A stretch of 63,875 nt of DNA, filler included, from Trichomonas gallinae (Eukaryota): NCBI GenBank assembly GCA_008369845.1. It is 12 parts of 12 records of this genome, joined end to end, with 100 filler letters (N's around TTAATTAATTAA, not from the genome) between each part and the next. Parts side by side here need not be neighbours in the genome. Positions count along the whole stretch, not along the records: positions 10,097 to 26,242 come from MRSU01001287.1; positions 26,343 to 34,756 come from MRSU01001290.1; 10 more parts are not named here. One strand, given 5' to 3'. The position numbers were made by a program, and so were the translations under genes. This document shows, piece after piece, positions 21,701 to 32,267 of this stretch; the stretch's first letter is position 1; every line of letters begins with the position of its first letter. Below the pieces are notes generated by a model that saw only the letters and a program-made list of their open reading frames with translations, had not been told where the DNA came from and did no database searches.

Positions 21701-23386
21701 ATGATGATGAAACAAAACATTGTTCATATGAGGGAAGATCAAATCATCTATATCGATGCTAATGCAATAAAAGAATTCATTGAAGCACATTCTCGTCAAG
21801 AAAAATTTGCTTTAATTTTGTTCATAGGACAATCAGTTGGGAAATCCACACTGATACAAGAGCTATCAGGCGTTGAACAGGAAATTGGAGATATTTATCA
21901 CTCAAAGACTACAGGAGCTGTTATTACGTATGCTGGAAAGGTCTCTGAAATTTACAACCGACTAAATGCAAAATCCCAAAATGTTTTTAATCCAAACTTA
22001 AATATTTATTTCATTGAGACAGAAGCAATATATGGATCATGTCCAAATGAAATTGTCGCAAAAATAATATTGCCATTCTGTCCTTTGTCAGGGAGAATAA
22101 TAACATGCATTGACAAAAATGAAATTACATCAAATGCACATTTTCTATCATTGCTCAACAAACATCTTTTCTCACGCTATTTCATAAGAGAAGAAAATCA
22201 ATATTTTAGAAGAAAGTTAACATTATTCATTAGAGATATACCTAATAATGACGATGAAAATGTATCATATGAAGAATCAGCTACAAATTTAATGAATGAT
22301 TTTTGCCGTAGTGATCTTATTAAAACATATGAACGAGAAGGATTCATTCCTAATGTTGTTTCCGGCGGTAAATTCACAGATAATCATCATCGAAGCAAGA
22401 ATTTAATTGCGTTGTTCAATGATATTATTTCAAACATCGATCAAAATGTAATCTTTAATTCTCCAAAAGATTTATCAGCACATATCAAATGTCTTGAACA
22501 ATCAAATGAATTTTTCATCAAATTTTGTGGATTAAATCAAAGCAAAGTTTTGACAGAAGCTGCTGAAACAATAGCATCAAAATTTACAAGAAGATTATCG
22601 GAATCCCCCAATTTGATAACATTCCAAGAATTACAAAATCATAGAGATGAAGTAATTCGTGAATTCGATGAGGTTGCTGAACGAAATGGAATCCATCCTG
22701 TTAAAACATCAATTCCCCGACGTATTTTAAGCAACAAAATCAATCAAACCTATACTGAATACATGAATATGAATAATTTAATTGATATCATTCATAGATC
22801 AATACATATTCAAGGATTTTTTGATCAATTATCGACATTTGTTCAACAAAAAGCACAGAATACAGCAAATTATATTTTCTCAACTATCAATTCAAAAACA
22901 TGTTTCTTTTCAGAATACAGAGCATCAATTGACAATGAAATTAACAATTCTAAAAATCAATGCATCCAGATCATAAATAATCTTAATAACGAGGAAAAAA
23001 CTATTATAGCTAATGACATAAACTCTATTTTCAATTTCCTCAGTCAATATCCAACTTTTACACTGATAAGAGAACATGGAGTTATTTCATCAATTATAAG
23101 ATATTTTAATGATGCTCCTGATACTAATCCAGTTAAAATAATACCAAATGTCAGGAGAGTAGAATGTTTCATGAACACTTACTCAAAAAAGTATCAATCG
23201 ATCAACATCATGAATCGAAATTATTTAATTTTATTAAGAAATCATCCAAAAGAACGAAAATACTTCGACATTGTCAACAATCTTCGTCAGAACAATATCC
23301 CAGACGATATAATAAATTACATCATATCTCAAGAGGATCCATATAATTTTAACTTCAACAATTATGAATTGATCGGATTTGACTGA
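21701..23386 (+). CDS. Guanylate-binding protein/atlastin-like P-loop protein (paralog of the divergent neighbour)
   Basis: IYIDANAIKEFI, LILFIGQSVGKSTL (G1), KTTGA (G2), FIETEA (G3-like), LFIRD (GBP/atlastin-type G4), helical C-terminus. Confidence 0.7.
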   Translation: MMMKQNIVHMREDQIIYIDANAIKEFIEAHSRQEKFALILFIGQSVGKSTLIQELSGVEQEIGDIYHSKTTGAVITYAGKVSEIYNRLNAKSQNVFNPNLNIYFIETEAIYGSCPNEIVAKIILPFCPLSGRIITCIDKNEITSNAHFLSLLNKHLFSRYFIREENQYFRRKLTLFIRDIPNNDDENVSYEESATNLMNDFCRSDLIKTYEREGFIPNVVSGGKFTDNHHRSKNLIALFNDIISNIDQNVIFNSPKDLSAHIKCLEQSNEFFIKFCGLNQSKVLTEAAETIASKFTRRLSESPNLITFQELQNHRDEVIREFDEVAERNGIHPVKTSIPRRILSNKINQTYTEYMNMNNLIDIIHRSIHIQGFFDQLSTFVQQKAQNTANYIFSTINSKTCFFSEYRASIDNEINNSKNQCIQIINNLNNEEKTIIANDINSIFNFLSQYPTFTLIREHGVISSIIRYFNDAPDTNPVKIIPNVRRVECFMNTYSKKYQSINIMNRNYLILLRNHPKERKYFDIVNNLRQNNIPDDIINYIISQEDPYNFNFNNYELIGFD

Positions 23387-23900
23387 AATAATTCATTTGA
23401 ATTACTATTATATTTATTAAAATTTATTTATTAAAGATAGAAAGAGTTTTTTTTTTTAAATTGCACAATGATAGCTAAGGAATAAAGATGATAAAACTAA
23501 CATTCGCTCTGATTTTGATGAACCTGTAAACAATAACTTATATCAAGAAGCTTACAATCTGCATTATAAATGATTTCTCAGTTATTATTATTTGTTTTGC
23601 GAATTATGAATTACATTGCATCGTGTAATATAATGATTGTTACTATCATGATACATTAGACTAGACTAAATAGATGCTGTACAAGCAAAAGAGCAATCAT
23701 GTTTGAAATTTGAATCAGAGGACTTCAACTCTCAATTTTGTAATTATTCAATTTCATCATTAATGATATAAATTAAGGCAAGATCCAAATTCCAAAGAAT
23801 TCGCTTTAAAATCATATTCGTAATTTTCTTTCAAAATTCAAATTCAAAATCAAATGATCAGTGAATTAATGCTTCTTAGTATGAGTTTTAAATATTTCAT

Positions 23901-24231
23901 TAGGGTTGTGCGAATTCTCTCTTTTTAGCAGCGAACGAAATGCGAGGCTGAATATCCTTAAAATATCTGTAATACCCTGCAAATATAAGGCAACTCCTTT
24001 AATTTGTATTAGCCCCTTTTTATTTAATTATTCCCCTATTTTAGCTAATATAGGGGACTCCAAAACCCCTTTCTATGCTTTTCTACCCCTCTTTAATAAG
24101 GACTCCCCCTCAATTGTTCAAAAATGAATTGTGATTGCAACATCGCGTTACTTTTCGACACGATGTCACTTTTCGCGAGCGAACCCCGAATCAGCGAATC
24201 CTTCACTAAACGGCCAGTTCGCACATCCCTA
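23901..24231. mobile_element. Putative non-autonomous DNA transposon (MITE), 331 bp, with hAT-like TIRs
   Basis: TAGGGTTGTGCGAA (23901-23914) and TTCGCACATCCCTA (24218-24231) are 13/14 inverted matches; subterminal GCGAA/CGAA repeats; GC-richer than the flanks. Confidence 0.65.
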
Positions 24232-24597
24232 CATAGTAGAGATGATATGTTTCAGAGGAATCGTGAATGTATTAACATCACTAAATCTGAACGATTGAAT
24301 TTGGTGTTTAATGGAACTGTCAAAAGATATTTTGCTCAAAAATAACATACAAGGTCAAGACTTTGTCAAAGTTTGTTCCACTTATAGAAAATATATTAAT
24401 TCTAACATTCTTTTTATTATTCCACTAAACTTATCATAGTTTTATCTAATAAACATCAACAGGGCGTGAATGCCTAATATAATATAATTTCATAGACTTA
24501 ATGAATAGTGTGATATGCATAGTTTTGAATATTTCTAAAGAATAAATAAAAATTTTAATTAACATATAACAATAAGATAAATCATGGTCAAATGTGA

Positions 24598-25485
24598 TTA
24601 TACATCAACTGGTTTCTTGTTACCTAATATGGGAACTTTCAGTTTATGCTTCAGATAAATATCTGAATTAAATCTTTTACCACTAAGCTGTAGTTTTGGC
24701 ATTTTAATTTGTACAAGACCAAAAATCTTCTGCAAATTTTCGAGTGTTGGTCTGTTAGAAGGTGTTTTGTCCAATAAGGAAATAATTGTTTGCCCGTATA
24801 ACAATTCAGGCTGAGACTTAATGAATTCGATTGCTTTTATGCGTTTTTCTTCATAATCTTCCATGCTTTTGAACTCTTTCCAAGGATATGTCCCTGTTAC
24901 CATGTGATATAAGACAATTCCAAATGAAAATAAGTCTGCTGCTCTTCCATTGAAAGGTTGATCGATATATATTTCCGGTGCAGGGTAATTGTTCGATATT
25001 TGAGATTTTGAAATTGTCAAGTTGATATCAACAGTTGAATTTTCGAAATCAACTATCTTAATAAGTCCATTTCTGTCAAAGTGGAGATTTTTAGGCGTCA
25101 AACCGCCTAAAAATACGCCATTTGAGTGCAATGCCTCAAGAGCTGAAAGTATTTGTAGTGAATACATTTGAATTTCTTCTTTAGGTAGCATCTTTTGATC
25201 CTCAAGGTTGTTTTCACAGTACAACTCGTGAACAATGTAATAAAAATTTTGATCAGAAAAATAAGAAACGAGTTTCACAATGTTTTTATGGCGTACTGCT
25301 GTAAGAATTTCGATCTGTGTCCTAAACGATTCCTGATCTTTTAATATTGTGCAACCAAAAAGTGTTTTATATGGCTCCATTTTAACTTCAAGCATTGATA
25401 CTTTGTCATTCTCATATACTACTCTGTTGATTTCGAAACCATGATGATCCAATAAGCTATGTGCAGTAGAAAAGAGACTATGCAT
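24598..25485 (-). CDS. Protein kinase-fold protein (CAMK-like), probable pseudokinase
   Basis: EIL..VRHKNIVKL, QILSALEALHS, LTPKNL, IKIVDFE, YPAPE, ADLFSFGIVLY.M..G.YPW and P..RP are present, but the VAIK Lys, HRD and DFG are altered. Confidence 0.85.
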   Translation of the reverse strand: MHSLFSTAHSLLDHHGFEINRVVYENDKVSMLEVKMEPYKTLFGCTILKDQESFRTQIEILTAVRHKNIVKLVSYFSDQNFYYIVHELYCENNLEDQKMLPKEEIQMYSLQILSALEALHSNGVFLGGLTPKNLHFDRNGLIKIVDFENSTVDINLTISKSQISNNYPAPEIYIDQPFNGRAADLFSFGIVLYHMVTGTYPWKEFKSMEDYEEKRIKAIEFIKSQPELLYGQTIISLLDKTPSNRPTLENLQKIFGLVQIKMPKLQLSGKRFNSDIYLKHKLKVPILGNKKPVDV

Positions 25486-27848
25486 TAGAATTTTTGTTTG
25501 TTCTCAAAATTTTCCGAAATTTGTATGAACTACGATTAAAAATTTTTGTAAAATAATGTAATACATTTGAAACAGTTAAACAATCATTAGAATATATTTT
25601 AAAGTTTTGATAACACTTTCAAAAATTATTAAGTTTATGAGAGGTTTGACTCAGAATTCATTTTATTAGGCATTCAAAAATGTTTTTGGTTTTAAAAATA
25701 TCAAAATAATGTGTGTATCTCTTTGACTGTTGATCTGATGCTTTGAATTTAGAAGGAATTCACAATTTTTGAAAAGATAATTGAAAATGTAAAATGAGGC
25801 ATTATTAATTGGTATATCTATATAATAAAAATTGCCAAAATCAAAAAACGTATTACACAGAAAAACTGCGAGCATTTTTATTCAAATTTCGTTTCGAATT
25901 TTGATGATACTAATATGCTCAATATGCATTCTAAATTTTTGTACATTGAATTTATTTAGCTTCAAATCGAATTATTTATTATCAAACATGCAGCAAAATG
26001 TATATAAATCCCAAATATCAGGTTTTTATAAATTTAATCCATTGTTTCAAAATCATTATTGTTAGAACCGTTCTTGGAACTGAATTCCGGAGATTAATGC
26101 AGTCAATTCCAGAAGCATATCTCATGATGCTATTAGAAAAAGGGGGGAAACTCTTTTTCCTTTTTCTCGATGACTTGCGTGTTCAGCAAACTTTTCTTCA
26201 GAATGAGTCGCGAGGATTTTATTGCTGCCAACATACTCACCANNNNNNNNNNNNNNNNNNNNNNNNNNNNNNNNNNNNNNNNNNNNTTAATTAATTAANN
26301 NNNNNNNNNNNNNNNNNNNNNNNNNNNNNNNNNNNNNNNNNNTTTTTTTTTTTTTTTTTTTTTTTTTTTTGTATTCAAAAAGATTAATCCTAATCAACGC
26401 TTGAAAAATATATTGGCAAGTACAAGCATTATATTTATATATTTGGTCAGAAATATACAAATAAGATCTGGACAAAAAATGAAGAATTCGGGCTAGTATT
26501 TAGCCCATAACATCCAGTCATCATATAGGTTTTACCCTTATGATATCTAAGGGAATTATTAGGCGATGATTAATCATTGTCATAAATCTGACAATTAAAA
26601 CTAACTATGTTATAAATATAAAGGATTTCATGTAATATGCGATTTTGTATCATGAAAAATAGCAACAATTGTAAATTAAGTATTCTTATGTAATGAGGTA
26701 CGTATATTAGTATGGCATTAAGAGTTTTGTTTGTTTCTGCAGTCATCTTATGCTACTAAAAAAGGATAAAAGCCGATCTTATGAAAACAATAAATTGCAT
26801 ATGCATATCTCAAATATGCATTAGTATATAGGTGAAACGTATGCAAAATACATGTATATTGATGCTTTGTATTGCACTTTAGGGTGAATAGCGTAACTTA
26901 AAGAAAAAAGGATAATAAGCCGGGCTTTGTACTAATAATTTGCAAATATATGCAGACTAATTGAAGCATTAATGAATTTACATCATATTACAATAGCTCT
27001 AATGAGTTGAAAATCTATGATTTAAATAATGCCGGTTTGATATGCATTTCTGTAAAAGATCCTTCCAAATCTACACGCTTTTATAGGTAGTCTGAGAAAA
27101 TAGATATGTCTACAATATCATCTTTAATGACTTACTCATGTTTTTGATCAGGCTCGAGATTTGCTCTCATCAAAATGACCAGCGAACATGAATAAAATAA
27201 TTAGAATTGATGTATGGATCAGATTTGTTCCTATTTAAAACAGAATATTCTTAAATTCAAATTCAACTATTTTATTGAATATTGTTGTATGAGTTGTAAT
27301 CATTTCGAATATGTCTATATTGTGCAGCAAGTAATAATATTATGATTAAGTCGCTTGAAATTTAGTTTTGATTTGAGTTGTATTCGAAACTGCAATTCAG
27401 CTTTTTTATTACATTATAACAATATATTGTTACAATGAAAACCATTTCTTGGTCTCGATATCATTAGAAATGCATCATCTTGAGAGAACAAAATGGAATC
27501 CCTTAAAGGATCCAAACTATACCATATCTCTATAAGTAAATATACAGCACACAGTATACATAATCGTATAAATTAGCTGAACTAATTGATTATCATACAA
27601 ATATCTCAAAATAAAAATGATATTTTAAATACAATCTCTAAATCCATAAAACACAAAATTAACAACATGGATCATTTTAGTTGCTTGAGTTTATAGTAAC
27701 AAGATGAATTTTAATTTAGAATTTAATTTGCATTAAAACATTCATAATATTAACCTCATCGCGAATACTCTATGTGATTACGATTGTGCAGCCATGCTTT
27801 TTCTGAATTAGCATATTTTTGAAATTTGTTAAAACAATCAATATATAA

Positions 27849-28511
27849 TTATTTGTATTCTACACTCATTTTATCCGCGCAAACATCAGCGTCTTTCAGT
27901 GCAGCATTAATTCCGAATAATAATGCATTTAAAACAGCTCCAAAAACATTATCCCTTCTAGAAAGCAAATTCCTAACAGTGTCATTAAACAATCTATCCT
28001 GTTTTTCATAGTTAATTTGTGCTTGAACAAATGAATCTTGATATGATGGACCCTGATATTGAACATTGAAGGATGCTTTACTGAGTAACAACTCAGATTC
28101 GCGTCTGTCACCCTTAATTTTCTCACAATTTTTAACTTCATCGCGAAATTGCATAAACTCAGTAAATGGTTTGTTTTCATTGTCAAGTTTGAGATATTTT
28201 GATTCAAACGAGCATAGTAAACTGATTGATGTAGCTTCAAATGCTCCAATTTTTTCATCTAAATTTGGAGTTTTAGTTCTTGCTAATAAATCTATACAAT
28301 TCCCATCAGCAATGAGTATTTTTCGAAGGTCTGAACTGAATTTTGTCAATCTTTTGTAAATTTGTTCTGTTTGATAATTTATTGTTTCAAAATCTTTATT
28401 GTTTTTTAAATATATTTGATTGTCGTCGCTAGGTTTACCTCCTATCGCTTCTGCTGCACTACCCATCAAAAGGTTAAAACCTTTCTTCGTGCTTTCTAAA
28501 AACCCTTGCAT
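27849..28511 (-). CDS. Helical protein, probable BAR-domain family
   Basis: 220 aa with amphipathic N-terminus (MQGFLESTKKGF) and three long helical/coiled segments; D..Y....K.FE pattern typical of N-BAR starts. Confidence 0.55.
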   Translation of the reverse strand: MQGFLESTKKGFNLLMGSAAEAIGGKPSDDNQIYLKNNKDFETINYQTEQIYKRLTKFSSDLRKILIADGNCIDLLARTKTPNLDEKIGAFEATSISLLCSFESKYLKLDNENKPFTEFMQFRDEVKNCEKIKGDRRESELLLSKASFNVQYQGPSYQDSFVQAQINYEKQDRLFNDTVRNLLSRRDNVFGAVLNALLFGINAALKDADVCADKMSVEYK

Positions 28512-28520
28512 TTATAAAAT

Positions 28521-28875
28521 ATGTCAAATAAATTCTTTATGTGACAAAAAATTTTTTTACCATTGTCAAATTTTTTTGTCCCTTTTTTAAAATATAGCAG
28601 TAATGAAAAATCAGTCATACCAAATGATGACAGCTTCAATTTATCATTTACAGATGCTTTGGAAGATTATGCCAAATAATTATTTTATGTGACAAAAAAT
28701 TTAATTTACTAATAATTATTACTAATAATTTACCAAAAATATATGCTTTTCTAAAATAGAAGATTGCAACGTTAATGAAAAAGAATCCAGCAGTAATGGA
28801 ACATTAGCCATACTAAATGTTAATAACCTTAACTTATTATTTATTTCTAAGCATGTGAAATTAACTATAAAAATT
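28521..28875 (+). repeat. Two degenerate tandem copies of the promoter and 5' end of the 28956 gene
   Basis: tg(t/c)caaata...ttttatgtg(a/g)caaaaa occurs at about 28522, 28670 and 28877. 28750-28840 (tctaaaatagaagattgcaac...agcagtaatggaacatta) mirrors 28950-29040 (tctaaaatggaagattacaag...agcaataatggaacaata). Confidence 0.75.
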
Positions 28876-28955
28876 TGTCAAATAAAATTTTTATGTGGCA
28901 AAAATTTTATATTACACCTGCCAAATTTTTTAGTCCCCTTTATTAGTTTTCTAAA

Positions 28956-30749
28956 ATGGAAGATTACAAGAACGACGAAGAACATTCGAGCAATAATGGA
29001 ACAATAACGATACAAAATGATGGCAGTCTAAGTTTATCATATGCAAAAGCTTGCGAAGTTTATATTGATTTATATCTTAATCAAAATTTCGCTGAATGCC
29101 TTAATATTTTAAATATTATTACGCAAAGTTTTGGTAGTATGAAAGAAATCGACATCTCTGACTTTATATTTTCAGGTGCAATGGAAAGATTTTTTGAAGT
29201 ATTTTCAATGGATCTTGCAAATAACCAAATTGTATTAAATATGTACATATGCATTGTCAACTTAATAGAAAAACTGCTTTCTTTCCAAAATTATCATTTT
29301 GCTCAAACTTTGATAATTCATCACTTAATTGAAATGCTTGTTGAGAAAATACAAACGCGAGAAATGAATTCTATCGTTACATGTTTGCGCTGCTTGAGGT
29401 TACTCGCGATAACAGACCCAGCACACGCTGTTCCAATTATTTTGCTTGTAACTTCACAAGAATTCTTCATTGATATTATTAGAAAGGAAGAAGGAATGTT
29501 TGGAGCACAGATGCCAGAAGAAGCTGTTGAAGAAACAATAAGTTTATTAATGATTATGCTTGAAAATGGAACTTTAACTTTGGAAGTTCCAGAATTTAAT
29601 AATATCTATGATAAAACAGATGAAACTGCAGAAAAGAAAGAAAATGAGCCACCTCAGCCACAAGAAAATGAAGAAAATCAAAATGATGAATTTGATCATA
29701 TCGAAATGGAGCCTCCTCCACGTATCTGGTTACCAAAATCGCAATATAAACTCGCAAGACTCGAAGAAGCCATGAGACAAGCAGCTACTAAAAATTCTTC
29801 ATCAGATGATGATTCATCTGATGATGGTGGCTTTATTTTGCCTGAAGATGAGATTGTTATAAGGAAACAAAAGGAAATCGTGCCAGAAAATCCAGATATT
29901 GTTGAAAATTTCTTTGATTTATTCTCGAATATTTATTATATTGACGTTGAGCCTTCTGATAACTTCAAAACTATGGCACTGAATGGATTTAAATCCCTGT
30001 TTCACAGAGACCCTGGCTTATGGAGGCCAATTATTGAAAATAGACAAGATATTTTGGGAAATTTTGTCGCAAACTTAAATTCACCGAATTATTTAATCAG
30101 AGGCCTTTCATTAAAGATACTCATCACGATATTAGAGCATTATGATCTATTTATTGGAATTAATGAATCTGTTCTTCTCGAAAATTTGCAAATTCCTGAG
30201 GAAAATCCATCTAATCAAGTCGAATATGGCATAGCTAATACAATCGCAACTGATTCATTCAAACTTTTGTCGATTTTACTTAGAGATTTCAAATTTAGAA
30301 AGAAACTCGTCGCTGCAGGTGCATTTGAGATAATAAAAAGAGGAATTGATGAAGCACCGTTCAATATAATGACAAATTATTCGATATTTTTAATTAATCT
30401 TTGCGCACTTCATACTCCGTGTTCTCAATTTATTCTCAGACAGGCACAAAAGGCAGGAATGATCCCATACTTCTTTAAGGCGTTGAATATGCATGATCCA
30501 AGATATGGTTATTTAGCTGTTCAAATTATCATTGCTTTAATTCAAGAATATTCGCAATATTCGGAAAATGTAGTATTGCAATCAATAACTCAAGAAGATG
30601 TTGATATTATCGTAGAACTCATGAATGATAATGAAATAAATGATAATTACTTTGAAGTTCTTGAGGTATTAAACGAAATGCTACACGGAACTTACACACC
30701 ACCTCCTCATACATCAGAGGATGAAGATGGTGGCATGTTTAATTTTTAA
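28956..30749 (+). CDS. Hypothetical alpha-solenoid (ARM/HEAT-like) protein with acidic insertion
   Basis: 597-aa ORF with repeating amphipathic Leu/Ile helices and an acidic low-complexity central loop. Confidence 0.7.
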   Translation: MEDYKNDEEHSSNNGTITIQNDGSLSLSYAKACEVYIDLYLNQNFAECLNILNIITQSFGSMKEIDISDFIFSGAMERFFEVFSMDLANNQIVLNMYICIVNLIEKLLSFQNYHFAQTLIIHHLIEMLVEKIQTREMNSIVTCLRCLRLLAITDPAHAVPIILLVTSQEFFIDIIRKEEGMFGAQMPEEAVEETISLLMIMLENGTLTLEVPEFNNIYDKTDETAEKKENEPPQPQENEENQNDEFDHIEMEPPPRIWLPKSQYKLARLEEAMRQAATKNSSSDDDSSDDGGFILPEDEIVIRKQKEIVPENPDIVENFFDLFSNIYYIDVEPSDNFKTMALNGFKSLFHRDPGLWRPIIENRQDILGNFVANLNSPNYLIRGLSLKILITILEHYDLFIGINESVLLENLQIPEENPSNQVEYGIANTIATDSFKLLSILLRDFKFRKKLVAAGAFEIIKRGIDEAPFNIMTNYSIFLINLCALHTPCSQFILRQAQKAGMIPYFFKALNMHDPRYGYLAVQIIIALIQEYSQYSENVVLQSITQEDVDIIVELMNDNEINDNYFEVLEVLNEMLHGTYTPPPHTSEDEDGGMFNF

Positions 30750-31064
30750 TTTATTAAATATTATGTTTGTTAGATTCAATAAAGTAGAGTTTATTCATAT
30801 CATACAGTTATAAGTTATATCAATATAATTTTATCCAACAATTCAATTGATTTGGATTTTGATCAAAAACTTAAAAAAAAAATCTATATCTATATTTAAA
30901 ACAAGCCGCTGGATTAAGTATTTCAATGTTGTTTTTATTTTCATGCAAGGCTACTGTGTGATATTTGACGCATTTAGAGGTTGAGCTTTGTAATTAATCA
31001 ATATCGAAAATGAATGATTTTTTTAATTGTGAATGAAAACAATTGTAATAAAGTGACAATGAGT

Positions 31065-32059
31065 TTATTTTGTTCCATGTGATATAAGAAGATCTCTTAC
31101 CTTATCTGACTTAGCAACATAAAGGGCTGTTGATCCATAACACGTATATTTCATGTTGACATCAACGCCATTCAATGAGAGCAGATATTTACAAATATCA
31201 TAGTAATCATTGTAACTGGCAACAAATAATAAAGATCTATTTTTTATCTCATGAGAATTGACATCAGCTCCAAGAAGTTCACAAAAATATTTAATAGCTT
31301 CTACGTTATTATTACGACGGAAAAACCATAAAGCACTGGCCTTGGCAGGATAATTTTCTGAAGGATTCACACCACATTTAACAAGTATTTTGACCAACTT
31401 AAAATCGTCTCTCTTTGCACCATGCGAAACAATATTCCAAGTAAAGTCATCTTTTTCTGATGTAACTCTGTGATATCCTGAATCAAATACAAGTCTCATC
31501 GATATAAAGTCATCATCACAAGCAATTTTTTCAAATAATGAATAAATCTGGTCAAAGTTAGCTGAAGTTTTTAGAATCTTCTTCATTTTGTCGAAATTTT
31601 CATGCCTTATTGGAAGCTTAACATATTTTGAGACATCATAAATCTTCCATTTTATATCATCGAATTTTGCACTTTGTGTTCTTTTGATTTCATCAATTCT
31701 GTTCTTAGTAACATCAATTTTCTGTTTGACTTCATTTTGTCAGGTTGCATTGGAAAATTGAATCAATTGATTTCGGCATATTCAATAGGAGAGGGATTTT
31801 TAGGACGTGAAACAGAGTGTTGATGTTCATCAGAATTTCTGAAATACTGTTGCCATGTTCGACAATTGCGTGAGCTATGATGTCTAATATCGCGTATTTA
31901 TTGATATATGTTGAAAAACAAATCGAAGTCGTCTGGTTTTAATGTTTTGGCGTCAAGGAAACTGCACAGTTCTTCTGCTTTTCGGCATTTGAAGAAGTTG
32001 CTATCATTCATATAATCTTTTATACTCCCTGCGCTATCTTCCCAATTTGGCGCAAACAT
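31065..32059 (-). pseudogene. Frameshifted ankyrin-repeat gene (trichomonad expanded family)
   Basis: ATG at 32059 gives MFAPNWEDSAGSIKDYMNDSNFF...IYQ then stop. Coding-like sequence continues in shifted frames into the ankyrin ORF 31065-31586 (GADVN, VDVN, GSTALY.A.....LLISHG). Confidence 0.7.
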
Positions 32060-32267
32060 AAAAATGTTTTAATTTTCCAACATGGCATTAAAACTTATCG
32101 AACTTTACAGGAGATTTACTCTAAACTTTGTATATAGACTATGCAGTGGCAAGCGACCTCAATGATGAATTTTCTATGAAATTGTCATGCATGAGAATGT
32201 ATTTAAGGGAAATAGAAATGTAAAAATTTCATTTGTGATGCGAATAAAATTTTAATTAACAATTAGT

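Noticed and set aside
23906..24345. Two 73-aa ORFs
   Set aside because: They overlap the MITE and lack transposase motifs.
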